63,979 bases of DNA, filler included, from Diploschistes diacapsis (GCA_023645945.1; 20 parts of 20 records of this genome joined end to end with filler, not necessarily neighbours in it); one strand, 5' to 3'; positions 52,201 to 63,979 are shown, numbered from the whole stretch's first letter. The notes: a model not told the origin generated them from the letters alone. Made by a program: numbers and translations.

Positions 52201-53055
52201 TTTCGCTATATATATCGGTTCAGTCCAATACTGGCACAAACCAGTATTGTTGGTCTTTTGGCTACGTGGCCCAGTGGTGCTAAACTGGCGCTTTGCAATA
52301 TCACACCGCAATGCGCCCGCAAGTCGGCGACCTTTTTGATGATCTCTTCAAAAAAGAGAGACTCTTTGCAATTCCCCAACCGACGTCCCGAAGAAACATC
52401 GAGCAAGGTACGGAAATTGAAGGGCGGCAGAGGTTTTCCTAATGACAATAACGCCGGCCAAAGAGGAGGAAAAAGCAACGTGACAGGTGGAATACGGCTA
52501 TCTGAAGAGTAAAAAGAAGCGACAAGCTGGTATGCGTCTTAAGAAAGCCAGACAGAGATTTCTCTCGTATTTAGAGTTTCGAGTTGCAGAGGCTCGTGCT
52601 CGTGAAAAGTGCAGGACAATGCATGTTCACAGAGATGATACCGGAAAGGATGTGTCGCCTTCCCTGCCGGCAAACTGGATCAACGGGCCGGGTGAGTAGG
52701 ACAAGCGCGCCTTCAAAGTGATGGGTGGGTCTCCCCTCCAGACCCAGCCGGATGGATTTCCTGATTCTCGGGAGAGCGACAACGAGTGGGAAGCTAATGA
52801 AGAAGATAATACATGCTTGATACACTTGACAAAAAGCTCGAGTGCTACGGCGGCGAGCTTTACCAAGGAGCTGTTACATGTAGCCCCATCATCGCCGGCC
52901 GGCGGCAGCTGCTAACCTGCCCCTCCCCTTGAACACCAAGTAGTACGTACCCAAAACAGGCCACTGGATCTCGATGGGCAGCAAACAAGCAACTAGTCGA
53001 GTAGTCTTGAGGGAATAAACCTAAAAAACTCTTCCTCTCTGGCCCGTCGCCCACC

Positions 53056-53442
53056 TCACTCTCCGCCCCCACAAGCCAGTCCCGGCGCATCCGGCACATG
53101 CACCCCGTGGAATCCCATGCCGATGACCATCTTCTCCTTTCCCCACCTCTCCTCCCTCCTAAGGTCCTCCTCCGCCTTCCTCTTCCTTTTGTTCCGGCCC
53201 TCACTTTCTTCCGCTCCGCCTGCATCCCGCACCTCGCCGCTGTCATCCGCTATTCCGCCTTCTTCACCCGCCGCCTCTCCCTCCTCACCAGATACGACCA
53301 TCTCCGCCCTCCCAACCTCCTGCATAGTCCGTGCATCCAGTACGAGCAGGTACGACTCCCCTTCCAAACCGTCCAGCACGACGCTTAAGAGGATGCCGTC
53401 GTCTTCGGCCCCTCCTTCCTCTTCCTCTTCCTCTTCCTCCCC
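53056..53442 (-). CDS. Carotenoid oxygenase (RPE65 family), C-terminal fragment; 5' part lies beyond the contig end
   Basis: AEDDGILLSVVLDGLEGESYLLVLDARTMQEVGRAE...GMGFHG. Confidence 0.8.
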   Translation of the reverse strand, partial: GEEEEEEEEGGAEDDGILLSVVLDGLEGESYLLVLDARTMQEVGRAEMVVSGEEGEAAGEEGGIADDSGEVRDAGGAEESEGRNKRKRKAEEDLRREERWGKEKMVIGMGFHGVHVPDAPGLACGGGE

Positions 53443-53542
53443 NNNNNNNNNNNNNNNNNNNNNNNNNNNNNNNNNNNNNNNNNNNNTTAATTAATTAANN
53501 NNNNNNNNNNNNNNNNNNNNNNNNNNNNNNNNNNNNNNNNNN

Positions 53543-53782
53543 ATTTTAATAGATTTATTATAATATTTCGGTAAATTTACGGAAATATAATATCCGTATT
53601 AATATTAATATTTTAAAACTTTTAATTATAATGTCCGTGTTCGTATTTTTATTATAATATAATATTCGTGTTAATATTCGTGTTTTAAAATTTTAGCTAT
53701 CGTGTCCGTGTTAGTATCCGTGTTTTAAAATTTTTTGTTACAATATCCGTGTCAGTGACCGTGGCACGAAACGGCCAGCCTA
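53543..53782 (-). mobile_element. hAT-like MITE end
   Basis: Ends GGCACGAAACGGCCAGCCTA, with TCCGTG repeats. Confidence 0.75.
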
Positions 53783-53807
53783 TTAAAAACAAGATAAATT
53801 AAAAAAA

Positions 53808-54000
53808 TTGTTGAGCAGACAGGTGGAAGGCATGGCTGTGAGCTCGACTAAACCTTAGGTTAAGTTTCAGTTCAGCTGGACGTGGGAGGTTCAGTTCAGT
53901 TGAACCTGCTAAAATACGGACTAAACCGATTCGGGAATAGTATAAATAATAAAACTTAACGGATCCCATAACAATAAAATTTTATAAAATAAAATAACAT
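53808..54000 (+). mobile_element. Copia-type LTR fragment
   Basis: TGTTGAGCAGACAGG start and GTTCAGTTCAG repeats shared with 22985, 32570 and 59107. Confidence 0.7.
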
Positions 54001-54021
54001 AAATCTGCCGATAACTAACAC

Positions 54022-54200
54022 TGTAACATCGGGGGTAGTGTCTAATAGGTAGTGCTATCCCACTGAGCCAAAAGACTAACCACAATGCTTTCAGGAACCC
54101 CGAAGCACTGTTCCCCTATTACACTCTATGTAGGTGCGTGGCTGTGGAAGCTGGGGACCTGAGCCCCGGTGCGCACACTACGGGTATTACATTTAGGTTC
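54022..54200 (+). mobile_element. LTR-type repeat (TGTAACA.CGGGGGTAGTG family)
   Basis: Near-identical copy at 55914-56078. Confidence 0.7.
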
Positions 54201-54422
54201 AACTCCTTTTTTAAAAATCTTAATTCGTAAGAACCTTTTTACTGACCGTCGGTTATTATTATCTAGCTCGGATTCATTATAAGCAATAAAAGTAGAAGCC
54301 TTTATGATCCTGTGATCTATTGTAAGTCTAGATGGTGAAAGTTTAATATAAGTTAGTTGAACTTTCGCCTTTATCGTTAATATGTTCTCAATACCTGTAA
54401 TTAATCCGTCGTTAGTATTTCC

Positions 54423-54707
54423 TAGGCTGGCCGTCACTGACACTGACAATGTCAGTATCCGTATTTTAGATTTTTTAGCTACGGTGTCCGTGTCCGTAGA
54501 TTCACGGAAATACAATATCCGTATTAATATTAATATTTTAAAAATTTTAATTGCAGTATCCGTGTCCGTGGATTCACGGAAGTGCAGTATCTATATCAGT
54601 ATTAATGTTTTAAAATTTTAACTGTCGTGTCCGTGTTAGTATCCGTGTTTTGAAAATTTTTGCTGCAGTGTCCGTGTCAGTGACCGTGGCACGAAACGGC
54701 CAGCCTA
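54423..54707. mobile_element. 285-bp MITE-like element with 12-bp perfect TIRs (TAGGCTGGCCGT) and many TCCGTG repeats
   Basis: TAGGCTGGCCGT at 54423 and ACGGCCAGCCTA ending at 54707. No clear TSD. Confidence 0.7.
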
Positions 54708-55461
54708 GTCCGTATCAGTGAATATATTATAATGTAATATTCGTGTTAATGTTCGTGTCGNNNNNNNNNNNNNNNNNNNNNNNNNNNNNNNNNNNNNNNN
54801 NNNNTTAATTAATTAANNNNNNNNNNNNNNNNNNNNNNNNNNNNNNNNNNNNNNNNNNNNATCTATTTATAAAATGTAATCTTTAAGTTTAATTAATTTA
54901 TTATATATTTCTTTAATACATTCACTTCTAAATCGTTATTAAACAATACACGAATCCGATAATTCTTGATCGTGACTATTACTTCCGGATAAACAGCCGA
55001 ATATATAATATCTTATAATTATAAGTTTATTATATCTATTAACTATTTAGAATTAATATTATACGTGTTAAATTATCTAACAGATAGATTATATATAAAA
55101 TAAATAAACTTTTTCGATCCCGGATCTTCTACGCGAGCATTCTTTTTAATAATATGATTTTTTAACTTCTTTTAAAGCAAACGTATGATTCCTGTTTAAA
55201 AGATTTCTTTTAAGATAATCTTAATTTTCGTCCCTTTTATAATCTTAAAAACCTATTTTCTTAATAAATCAATTACTGCTTTTTCGGAGATCCTTAGCTT
55301 TCGGACGGCGGGAACGCGGGGACGATTTATTAAAATCCTTCTCGATATACTTCTGTTAAATGGAACTATTTGGACTTCCCGACCTATTTCTTTAGATTCC
55401 TCGGCATCTTCTATAATAATCTTCTATATATCCAGCTCTCGTCTTTCCGTATTATTAGATA

Positions 55462-55913
55462 ACGTGTTTGACGGTGAGTCCGGCCACCCCCAGAGTCCGG
55501 CCACCTCAAATTACTATTTTCATCTTACATTCGATTTTTCTCAACAATGACTACCTCGTATCGCAATAATTCGATTTTAATAAAATTTAATATTAACGAC
55601 TGTTTATAGGCCCTAAAATCATAATAATATATTAACATTCGAGAGGCTGCCCGCGCATTTAAAATATCTCGATCGACCATTATAGATCGATTTAATGAAA
55701 CTTAATCATGCTTTAATAACCACGAAACGACTTAAATCCTCTTAAATTCAAAAAAAAAGATATTAGTACGATAGATTACACGTTTTATATAAACTAACTT
55801 TCCTATATCGTTTGCGTTAATGATAGATATAGCCGAAGAGATTCGACGCGAACGTATTCGATTCGGTTCGAATTTAAAAATTATGATCGCGAATCTTCAA
55901 CCTATCGATAAAC
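55462..55913 (+). mobile_element. Fot1/pogo DNA transposon 5' end (TIR + HTH region of transposase), RIP-degraded
   Basis: TA-ACGTGTTTGACGGTGAGTCCGGCCACCCC; IREAARAFKISRSTIIDR. Inverse copy at 59108-59552. Confidence 0.85.
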
Positions 55914-56078
55914 TGTAACAGCGGGGGTAGTGCCTAGTAGGGTAGCGCTATCCCACTGAGCCAAAAGACTAACACAATGCTTTCAGGAACCCCGAAGCAC
56001 TGTTTCCCTATTACACTATATGTAGGTGCGTGGCTGTGGCAGCAGGGGGACCTGAACCCCAGGGCGCACCTTTGGGCG
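55914..56078 (+). mobile_element. LTR-type repeat inserted in the pogo transposase
   Basis: Matches 54022-54200. Confidence 0.7.
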
Positions 56079-56178
56079 NNNNNNNNNNNNNNNNNNNNNN
56101 NNNNNNNNNNNNNNNNNNNNNNTTAATTAATTAANNNNNNNNNNNNNNNNNNNNNNNNNNNNNNNNNNNNNNNNNNNN

Positions 56179-56606
56179 CAAGTAGAGTTAAGGTGGGTTT
56201 GGTCTCTATTAGAAGAGGAGTGCAAATAAGAGAAAAAGGTAGAACAGTTACAGGTTTTAAACTATTTTTAGAAAGAAAACTCTTTAAAAATAAAAATAAC
56301 GAATATAAATTAATCCCGAGCAATAACTAGAAATATTTATAAAAATAAATACGTCTTTTTTTACGAAGATAGAATCGTGTTTATATATAATTAGCTCGCT
56401 CGCCGTTTATCGTAAGTTTAGCGAGCGATATTCTCGAAGTTTATCGCTTATAAGAATGAACGCGATTATTAATCGGTAGCGAAAGCCCGCTCGCCGCTCA
56501 CGAGAATGAACGTGAGCAGTGAGCACATCACGTGACCCCTGGTCTCGTGACTGATCTATATACAACAAAGCTGGGACGTGCCAAGTCTAGCACTTGGATC
56601 GTAACA
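56179..56606 (-). mobile_element. TGTTACGATCC-family LTR (variant)
   Basis: Ends GGATCGTAACA; 56179-56360 is the reverse complement of the 3' half of LTR 26922-27382. Confidence 0.75.
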
Positions 56607-57395
56607 CTGGACTGAATTACCTGAACTAAAGAATATTAATATAGTAAGCTCATGATGGGTATTCGACGTGAAATATAATTTTAATGGCGATATTAAGAGG
56701 TTTAAGACTAGATTAATCGTAAAAGGATTCTCGTAGTAAAGGGGAATCGATTTTAACGAGATATTTATTTTTATTATTCGAGCGGACTTTTTATATATCT
56801 TATTAACGGTTATCGTAGTAAAAGATCTAGAATGTTATTAAATAGACGTTAATAATATATTTATAGAAGCGTCGTTGACGCATTAGATTTATATGGCGTT
56901 ACTTAAAGGATATAGCGTTCCTAAGAATACTGTCTTAAAGATTAATAAAAGCTTATACGGACTAAAATAAGTAATAAAGGACTGATACGAGGAATGCGAT
57001 AATACAATCTTGAATTTAGGATTTAAAAGATGCGACGTCGATCTTTATGTTTTTATTTTATAAGGTCGAAAGTTATTAGTTGGTTTATATATCGACGATA
57101 TTATCGTGATAGTATTTAAATTACGAGACGTGAACTGGTTTAAGAAAACCTTTGCTGAACGTTATAAGATCAAGGATCTAGGGGAGATTAAAAAGATTTT
57201 AGGAATAAGAATTTAGCGACAACGTTAGGGAGTAATTCAGCTGAACCTTGATTAAGAAGCTTATGCTAAGAAGATGCTCGACCGGTTTAAGATGGCAACG
57301 TATACGAATAAAGTTTAAAAGATTTTATTTAATAGATATAGCGTTATTAAATAAAGCGACTCGTCTGAACTAACGGACAAGATTTAGTATTAAGA
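56607..57395 (+). mobile_element. Ty1/copia reverse transcriptase fragment
   Basis: WVFDVKYN.NGDI.RFK.RL...GFS, IDFNE, DV..., KSLYGLK, LYIDD and IKDLGE..KILGI, with RIP-type stops. Confidence 0.9.
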
Positions 57396-58129
57396 NNNNN
57401 NNNNNNNNNNNNNNNNNNNNNNNNNNNNNNNNNNNNNNNTTAATTAATTAANNNNNNNNNNNNNNNNNNNNNNNNNNNNNNNNNNNNNNNNNNNNATATT
57501 AAACGGGGTAAAAATGCTTTTAAAAAGTTCTTTATAATAATTTTATTTAAAAGATTATTAATTTATCTAAACTATATCTAAAGATAAAGAAATAAAAAAG
57601 ATATAAAAATTATACGAACTATAAAGAATTATTAAAGGATAAAAAGGATTTATTTTATTAATATATTTATTTTTATAAACCGTTATATATTATAATTTAT
57701 AAACATACGTGATTTATACCCGCGTATCGTGTATTTAAAAACCGATATCGATTCGTATATTAATTAATCAAAATCGTGCCGGCAAATTTTTCGTTTAACG
57801 ACGGATTTATATCCGTAATCCTTCCGCGGAATTAACGGAAATATATCGGGACCTTTACGGGAGTTTTTGAATAAACGTAAATAACGGCTTTAAAAATCTA
57901 AAATTAAAAAAAGAAAAAATAATTATAATAAATACCTATAACAGTCTTTCGGGCGAGCGGAAGATCTCAGCTTTAACACCGCGCCAAGGCCGCGGGTTTA
58001 CATAAAAGGAGTTTTCAGAAGGAAATCTCCTACTTTTTTCTCTAAAGATTAGTTCATAAATACTATAACCATTACTACCACACTACTACATTTTATCCTT
58101 TACACTGGAAGTACAACTGAATTTTAAAA

Positions 58130-58650
58130 AGAGGTTCAGTTCAGTTGAACCTACTGGAATTCCAACTAAACCGAATAAGGAATAGTATAAATAATAAAAC
58201 TTAACGTATCCCACGAAAATAAAAATCTATAAAATAGGATAATTTTTTTTATAAGATCTCTAAACTTCAATATATCCATTACGTTATTAAATAAATTATA
58301 AGCCCGGATTAACACTTACTTTATTACGCTTAATCGTTTATTAAAACTACGTCTCCCGATAATTATTACGATTACGAACGCGGGCACCGATTACGCTATT
58401 TAACGCAAATTAAATCGAAAAAATCTAAAAACCTAGGATCTAAATTATAAAATCTTAGGATAAACTAATTCAAAAATAGAAATTATATTACTTTAAAAGA
58501 ACGCGGGACCTTAATACGCTAACCTAAAATAAACCTAAATAAGAAATAATTGAATCCAGATATCATCTATACAGACCAACGAAAAACAACCTTCTTCTCT
58601 TTCTCGCCAATATCGAAATTTAACTGAACCACGCTGAACTTTTCGATTAC
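58130..58650 (+). mobile_element. Copia LTR part, degenerate PBS and leader
   Basis: Paralogous (inverse) to 28360-28880. Confidence 0.65.
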
Positions 58651-58812
58651 ATTTCTTTCTATTATAAAAGATTACCTTCTATACCATTCATGAATTACTT
58701 ACTAACTACGAGNNNNNNNNNNNNNNNNNNNNNNNNNNNNNNNNNNNNNNNNNNNNTTAATTAATTAANNNNNNNNNNNNNNNNNNNNNNNNNNNNNNNN
58801 NNNNNNNNNNNN

Positions 58813-59107
58813 AACGGTGACACTTACCCGAAAACATTACTTTTAATACATAAACGTGACGGGATAGTACTAACCCGGGCTCATAATCTTTTAAATAACG
58901 TATATATTGAAGTCTAAATATTAAAAATCTAATTAAAAGAAATAGTTTATATATAAATTCTTATATTAATAAGATTTATTAAGCCCTATAGACTTATATT
59001 ACTCCCGATTAGGATTAATAGGAACCCCAATAGGTTCAACCGAACTGAACCTGAACCTGAGGTTCAGCTGAACTTCCCAGCCATGCATTCTGCCTGCCTG
59101 CTCAACA
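58813..59107 (-). mobile_element. Copia 5' LTR with PBS (GATTATGAGCCC)
   Basis: Reverse complement of the LTR at 22985/32570, followed directly by the PBS near 58876-58888. Confidence 0.8.
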
Positions 59108-59552
59108 GATAGATTAAAGATTCGCGATTATAACTTCTAAATTCGAATCGAATCGAATACGTTCGCGTCGAATTTCTTCGGTTATATCTATTATTAACGC
59201 AAACGATATAAGAAAGCCAGTTTATATAAAACGTATAATTTATTATATTAATATCTTTTTTTCTGAATTTAAAAGGATTTAAGTCGTTTCGTGGTTATTA
59301 AAGCATGATTAAACTCCATTAAATCGATCTATAATGATCGATCGAGATACTTTAAATACGCGGGCAGTTTCTCGAATATTAATATATTATTATAATTTTA
59401 GGGCCTATAAACAGTCGTTAATATTAAATTTTATTAAAATCGAATTATTGCGATGCGAGGTAGTCATTATTGAGAAAAATCGAATGTAAGATAAAAACAG
59501 TGATTTAAGGTAGCCGGACTCTGGGGGTGGCCGGACTCACCGTCAAACACGT
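59108..59552 (-). mobile_element. Fot1/pogo 5' end
   Basis: Reverse complement of 55462-55900. Confidence 0.85.
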
Positions 59553-60009
59553 TATAATTAATAATATTAAAGTATTTTTAAAAGAATTAGGCGTTTAAAC
59601 GCTCGACTATTCCTTTTATAGCGCGGATCTGAATCTTATCGAGTATTTATGGCTTACGTTTAAAGAAAAGGGTTTAAAGCTTTATTTAAAGCTTAAAACT
59701 ATACGCGGGGGTAAGGAAAAGAAGATAGAAATTTTAAAAGTAATAATTCGAGACGTTTTTAGGGTGTTTCTGGGGGATAAGGAGTAGGATTTCTTTGTTA
59801 GATTAGTGTATTCTATGCCGAAGCGAATAGAGGCTTGTATCGACGCGTAAGGATGGCAAATTAAATATTAATATAATCTATTATTTAAGAGCTTTAAAAT
59901 GATTTACTTTGCGCATTCATTGAAGCTTTATTAAGTGCGCAATGGCTCAATAAAGTTGGTAGGTGGTATTTGTTTATTTGATACCTAACTACTTTTGGCA
60001 CGTGACTTG
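59553..60009 (+). mobile_element. Tc1/mariner transposase C-terminus and right end
   Basis: YSADLNLIEYLW (degenerate WPPYSPDLNPIE), LVYSMPKRIEACIDA.GW..KY; ends ...CACGTGACTTG-TA. Confidence 0.8.
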
Positions 60010-60449
60010 TATATTGGATATGCTCTCGTNNNNNNNNNNNNNNNNNNNNNNNNNNNNNNNNNNNNNNNNNNNNTTAATTAATTAANNNNNNNNNNNNNNN
60101 NNNNNNNNNNNNNNNNNNNNNNNNNNNNNATATAAAACTATATTGGGATATAAATAACCAGATAAAGGTTTTTTATTAATAAGACCTATATGGAATTCGT
60201 TATGGGACAGCGAACTATCGAAGGGGGAGGTCGTATATAAATATAAAAATAGACCGCAGACTTGGTAAGGGTGGCCCTTATAGGGCAATTCCATTTAAGA
60301 AGGCCTGCTAAATAGTTCTAAACAATCAATACATCCTACACCTCACAAATGTCCTACCTGGGTATGTTGTTGACTACGAGATCACACTACATTCACCTAC
60401 TACACCACCTACGACTACCTACCTACTACAGCAAGGGAAGTCTCCCTAG

Positions 60450-61346
60450 ACAGCGCGCCTTGTGTTTATAGTAGGACGCGTTATCTTTCTTAATCGTTAT
60501 ATTTATAGACTAAAATAGAACGGACGAGAATGGTACGAGTATATTTCCGTTAAGTTGAAAAAAATGAATTTTATTTCGGCGAACTTCGATTCCTGCGTTT
60601 TTATTTATATAGGTTCTTTTTACGAAAGATTTTATATATTTTTATATATAAACGATTTTCTGTTAATTAGACGTTTAGGGAAATTTATAGATTAGATAAA
60701 GTAATAAATCAAGAAAAACTTCGCCTGTAAGGAATTAAGAAAAACGAGATATATCTTAGGATTCGAGATCTATTATAAAAAGGATTATATCACGCTATTA
60801 TAAAAGATATACGTAGATCGAGTAATCGAACGGTTTTATATAAAGAACTTTCGTATAATTACTACTTCTTTACTTTCGAACATTGTTATATCTCGAACTT
60901 TATTTGATTTAGAATCTAAAAACTAGTCATTATATTAGCAATATATAGGATCGTTAGGTTATCTTTTAATCGGAATTAAACCAAATATAACCTATGCTAT
61001 CAATTAATTAAAACAATATTCCAGTTCTTTTCAATTAAATCATCATTCTTAATTAAAACACGTTTTAAAATTCCTAAACGGTTAAACTAATATTACGCTA
61101 AGGTTCGATCTTTCACTACGATTCCTAAACGGGAGCATCTTTTTAAATCAATATAATAACGCTTCTTTTACTTCTGATCCAGATACTCGTCGTTTAGTAT
61201 CTAAAATAATCCATCTTTTAAGAACTTCTCCTATCTCATAATCATTTAAAATTCAAAGAACCGTCTCGGTTTTATCTTATAAAACTAAATATATCGTTAC
61301 GTTCTTAATAATATTATATCTTATTTAATTATAATCGGCTTTAAAT
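60450..61346 (+). mobile_element. Ty1/copia RT-RNase H fragment
   Basis: GREWY, FDSCVF, YILGFEI, IGSL.YL, ASFTSDPDTRR and QRTV motifs, with many stops. Confidence 0.8.
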
Positions 61347-61446
61347 NNNNNNNNNNNNNNNNNNNNNNNNNNNNNNNNNNNNNNNNNNNNTTAATTAATT
61401 AANNNNNNNNNNNNNNNNNNNNNNNNNNNNNNNNNNNNNNNNNNNN

Positions 61447-61872
61447 ATTAATTAATTCGATTCGATGTTATTCGAGTCGAGTAATCCGTATATTTAAATC
61501 GACGTATATTAAGTTTATAACGTTTCGTAAAGAAAATCGAGAATAAAAAACGTTTCTTAATAATCGTAAAAAACGTAAATTAGATAAACGAATCGAATTA
61601 AAAGATCGTTTTATGTTTAATATAGACGAAATTCTTAAAATAATAATTCGGGTTAAATCGAGTCGAATAATTTCGAAACGATTTATAACGCGTAAAAAAC
61701 GTCGTCGCATTTCTAAAATCGAAAAAAATGAAGAGGAAGAAGATAGATTCGATTTAAATCGATTAGATTCTGATTACGACGAACAGGTTATATTTAAAAA
61801 CCGTAGAATGTTGGCGGTAGTGATTTGAGGTGGCCGGAATCTAGGGGTTGCCGGACTCACCGTCAAACACGT
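61447..61872 (+). mobile_element. Fot1/pogo 3' end with TIR
   Basis: Ends GCCGGACTCACCGTCAAACACGT-TA; inverse copy at 27830-28017. Confidence 0.8.
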
Positions 61873-62663
61873 TATTTATAATTTCGACGAAACCGGCTTT
61901 CTTATAGGAATATTAGGTTATATAAAAATCGTAATTACTTCAGATCGTAAAAATAGACCTCGTACGAAATAATCCGGTAATCGAGAATAGGTTTTAATTA
62001 TTTAAATTACTTACGCGGACTGTTATGCGTTACCTCCGTACGTAATTATAAAAAATAACGAATATAAATTGATCTCGAGTAATCGTTAAAGATATTTATA
62101 AAAATAAACACGCCTTGATTTAATAAAGTTATAACGGTATTTTTATATAGTTAGAATGACAGTTGTTTGTCGATAGTAGAGTTATTGCGATAGAGCTGTT
62201 ACTGATAGATAGTTGTTTAGGTAGATCTGTTTTTAATAGATGTCTGTTACTGAATATCTGTTAGTCACGTGATTTAGCGTCCGTGGTTGACTATATACAA
62301 GGAATGGTTGGGAAGTGCCCGACTAGCTGTGACGTGCCAGGTGACTGCCTAGTACCCTGGATCGTAACAAAGTATAATCGTCCGTGTAGATAATTTATAT
62401 AATAAAAATATTTCTCGATTATCGGGTTATTTCGTACGAGATTTATTTTTACGATCTAAAGTAGTTACGACCTTTATATAACCTAATATTCCTATAAGAA
62501 AGCCGGTTTCGTCGAAATTGTACATATTTAAATCGAGAATATTATATTTATTAATTACATTACGTACGAGATCGAATTAATTTGGTACAATTCGTGGATT
62601 TTTAATTAATATTTTCTAATAATATATTTTAAGTATTTAAATTTTTTATATAAAGTTGTGTAT
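61873..62663. mobile_element. Two oppositely oriented pogo DDE fragments flanking a TGTTACGATCC-family LTR (~62070-62369, minus strand)
   Basis: YNFDETGF..GNRE on the + strand at ~61877 and on the minus strand from ~62523. LTR end GGATCGTAACA at 62369. Confidence 0.8.
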
Positions 62664-62763
62664 NNNNNNNNNNNNNNNNNNNNNNNNNNNNNNNNNNNNN
62701 NNNNNNNTTAATTAATTAANNNNNNNNNNNNNNNNNNNNNNNNNNNNNNNNNNNNNNNNNNNN

Positions 62764-62919
62764 TATAATATCCGTGGTAATATCGTGTTTAAAAAATTTT
62801 GGCGGTAATATCCGTAGAAATATCCGTGTTTTAAAATTTTTAATCGTAATGTCCGTGTCCGTGCTTTTATTATAATGTAGTGTCCGTGGAAGTGTCCGTG
62901 GCACGAAACGGCCAGCCTA
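62764..62919 (-). mobile_element. hAT-like MITE end
   Basis: Ends GGCACGAAACGGCCAGCCTA. Confidence 0.75.
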
Positions 62920-63672
62920 GTTTAAATTTTAAATTTCGTACGTTTACGCTATTGAACTCTGGTCCGACGAGCTCCGCATCTATCAATTTAAACACGTCCC
63001 GTACGGCGAAAGATGCTTTACGAGGTTCTATAAATCTAAAATTTAAAATTATTAAATATTAAAATAGTTCTCTTACCCATTTATATAAGTTAATTAATAT
63101 ATAAATTAAAGGCATTTCTAAATTAACGCATAAATAAATAATTCTTAAAATCGAGGTCAAGATACTTCGTACAATAAATAAATACTTAACAAACGAAAAA
63201 AAATTAAAAAAACGCGCGTACGAGCTAAAGGATCACTTAACGTACCAGAAATAGTCGCATTATAGTCTTTAAAAATCGAAATTCGTATAAAGGAAGCTGA
63301 TATGTCTGAAAATAAAAATCGTACGAAAGAAGTCGGATTACGCGTACGACGCTATAACAAGTGTAATTAGTCCGGGTATAATGCGCGAATTTACGTAATA
63401 GAATCTATATCTTTTAAGAAAGATATTAATAATGAATATAATCAATTATCGCACGAATTGATTACGTAAATGTAGTTGCAACTCGTACGAATCGAGAAGG
63501 GTGTCCGCTCGCTATGAGTGTCCGCTTGCTATGCATATACGTTACCTTGAAGTGTTATTATGATTCTATTTTTAATTAAAGATGATTCCATGATCGTACG
63601 CGTAGAATATTAATATAAAAGTTGAAAGTCCGTGAAATTGAATGGGGGGTGTCCGCTCGCTATGCATATACG
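62920..63672 (+). mobile_element. Pogo/Fot1-like transposon 3' ends (second family); two right TIRs ending at ~63542 and ~63672
   Basis: Degenerate C-terminal CCHC relic (RR..KCN..G.NAR) and repeated GTGTCCGCTCGCTATGCATATACGT-TA. Confidence 0.7.
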
Positions 63673-63979
63673 TTACTCTTTTATTAGATTTACTTTCCTA
63701 CCCTTCTCTGAATACGCGAGAAACATGACCCTACGGATAGACGAGTTTATTTATAAGAAACGAGTATACATACATCGTAGGAACAATAAGCGTCTTAAAG
63801 AGTCGTGTAACGACAAAACGTTCAAAAAAACCTTCCCGATTTTACATTAATATAACAATAAAATATAAATTATCGGTTATATCTCTTTAAGTTTCGAGCA
63901 TAACCTATCTTTATTTTTATATTTCCGTCAATCCTGACGTAATTATATCGATCATTTCGAGTATCGTATATTTCACATG

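Noticed and set aside
54126..54621. 129-aa and 79-aa ORFs
   Set aside because: They are chance read-throughs across MITE and LTR sequence.
54440..54700. Short repeats with variable spacers as a CRISPR array
   Set aside because: The context is eukaryotic, there are no cas genes, the repeats are irregular and bounded by TIRs. A MITE explains them better.

Overview
This is filamentous-ascomycete (Pezizomycotina) genomic DNA, and the window is an artificial concatenation of 20 probably unlinked contigs joined by 100-nt N-TTAATTAATTAA-N spacers. Contig 1-20100 carries six genes: a large uncharacterised fungal protein, a GT71 mannosyltransferase, a TRP/Flc-like membrane protein, a secreted tyrosinase-like enzyme, a FYVE-RING Pib1-like ligase and a truncated Cys/Met PLP enzyme. 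Contig 33390-53442 carries EGD2, RPL14, an FAD amine oxidase, CHS5, a RID/Masc1-type cytosine methyltransferase, a DEMETER-like HhH-GPD glycosylase and a truncated carotenoid oxygenase. Seventeen of the eighteen ~1.2-kb contigs are nested mosaics of RIP-degraded Ty1/copia, Ty3/gypsy, Fot1/pogo, Tc1 and hAT-like MITE fragments. The most interesting signals are: (i) a RID homologue with an atypical catalytic motif (STCCQ instead of SPPCQ) lying head-to-head with a DEMETER/ROS1-like glycosylase, a candidate writer/eraser pair; (ii) repeats whose C-to-T erosion largely spares CpG and element edges; (iii) a tandem duplication of an intron plus exon inside the glycosylase gene. All family assignments come from motifs recognised by eye; no searches were run.
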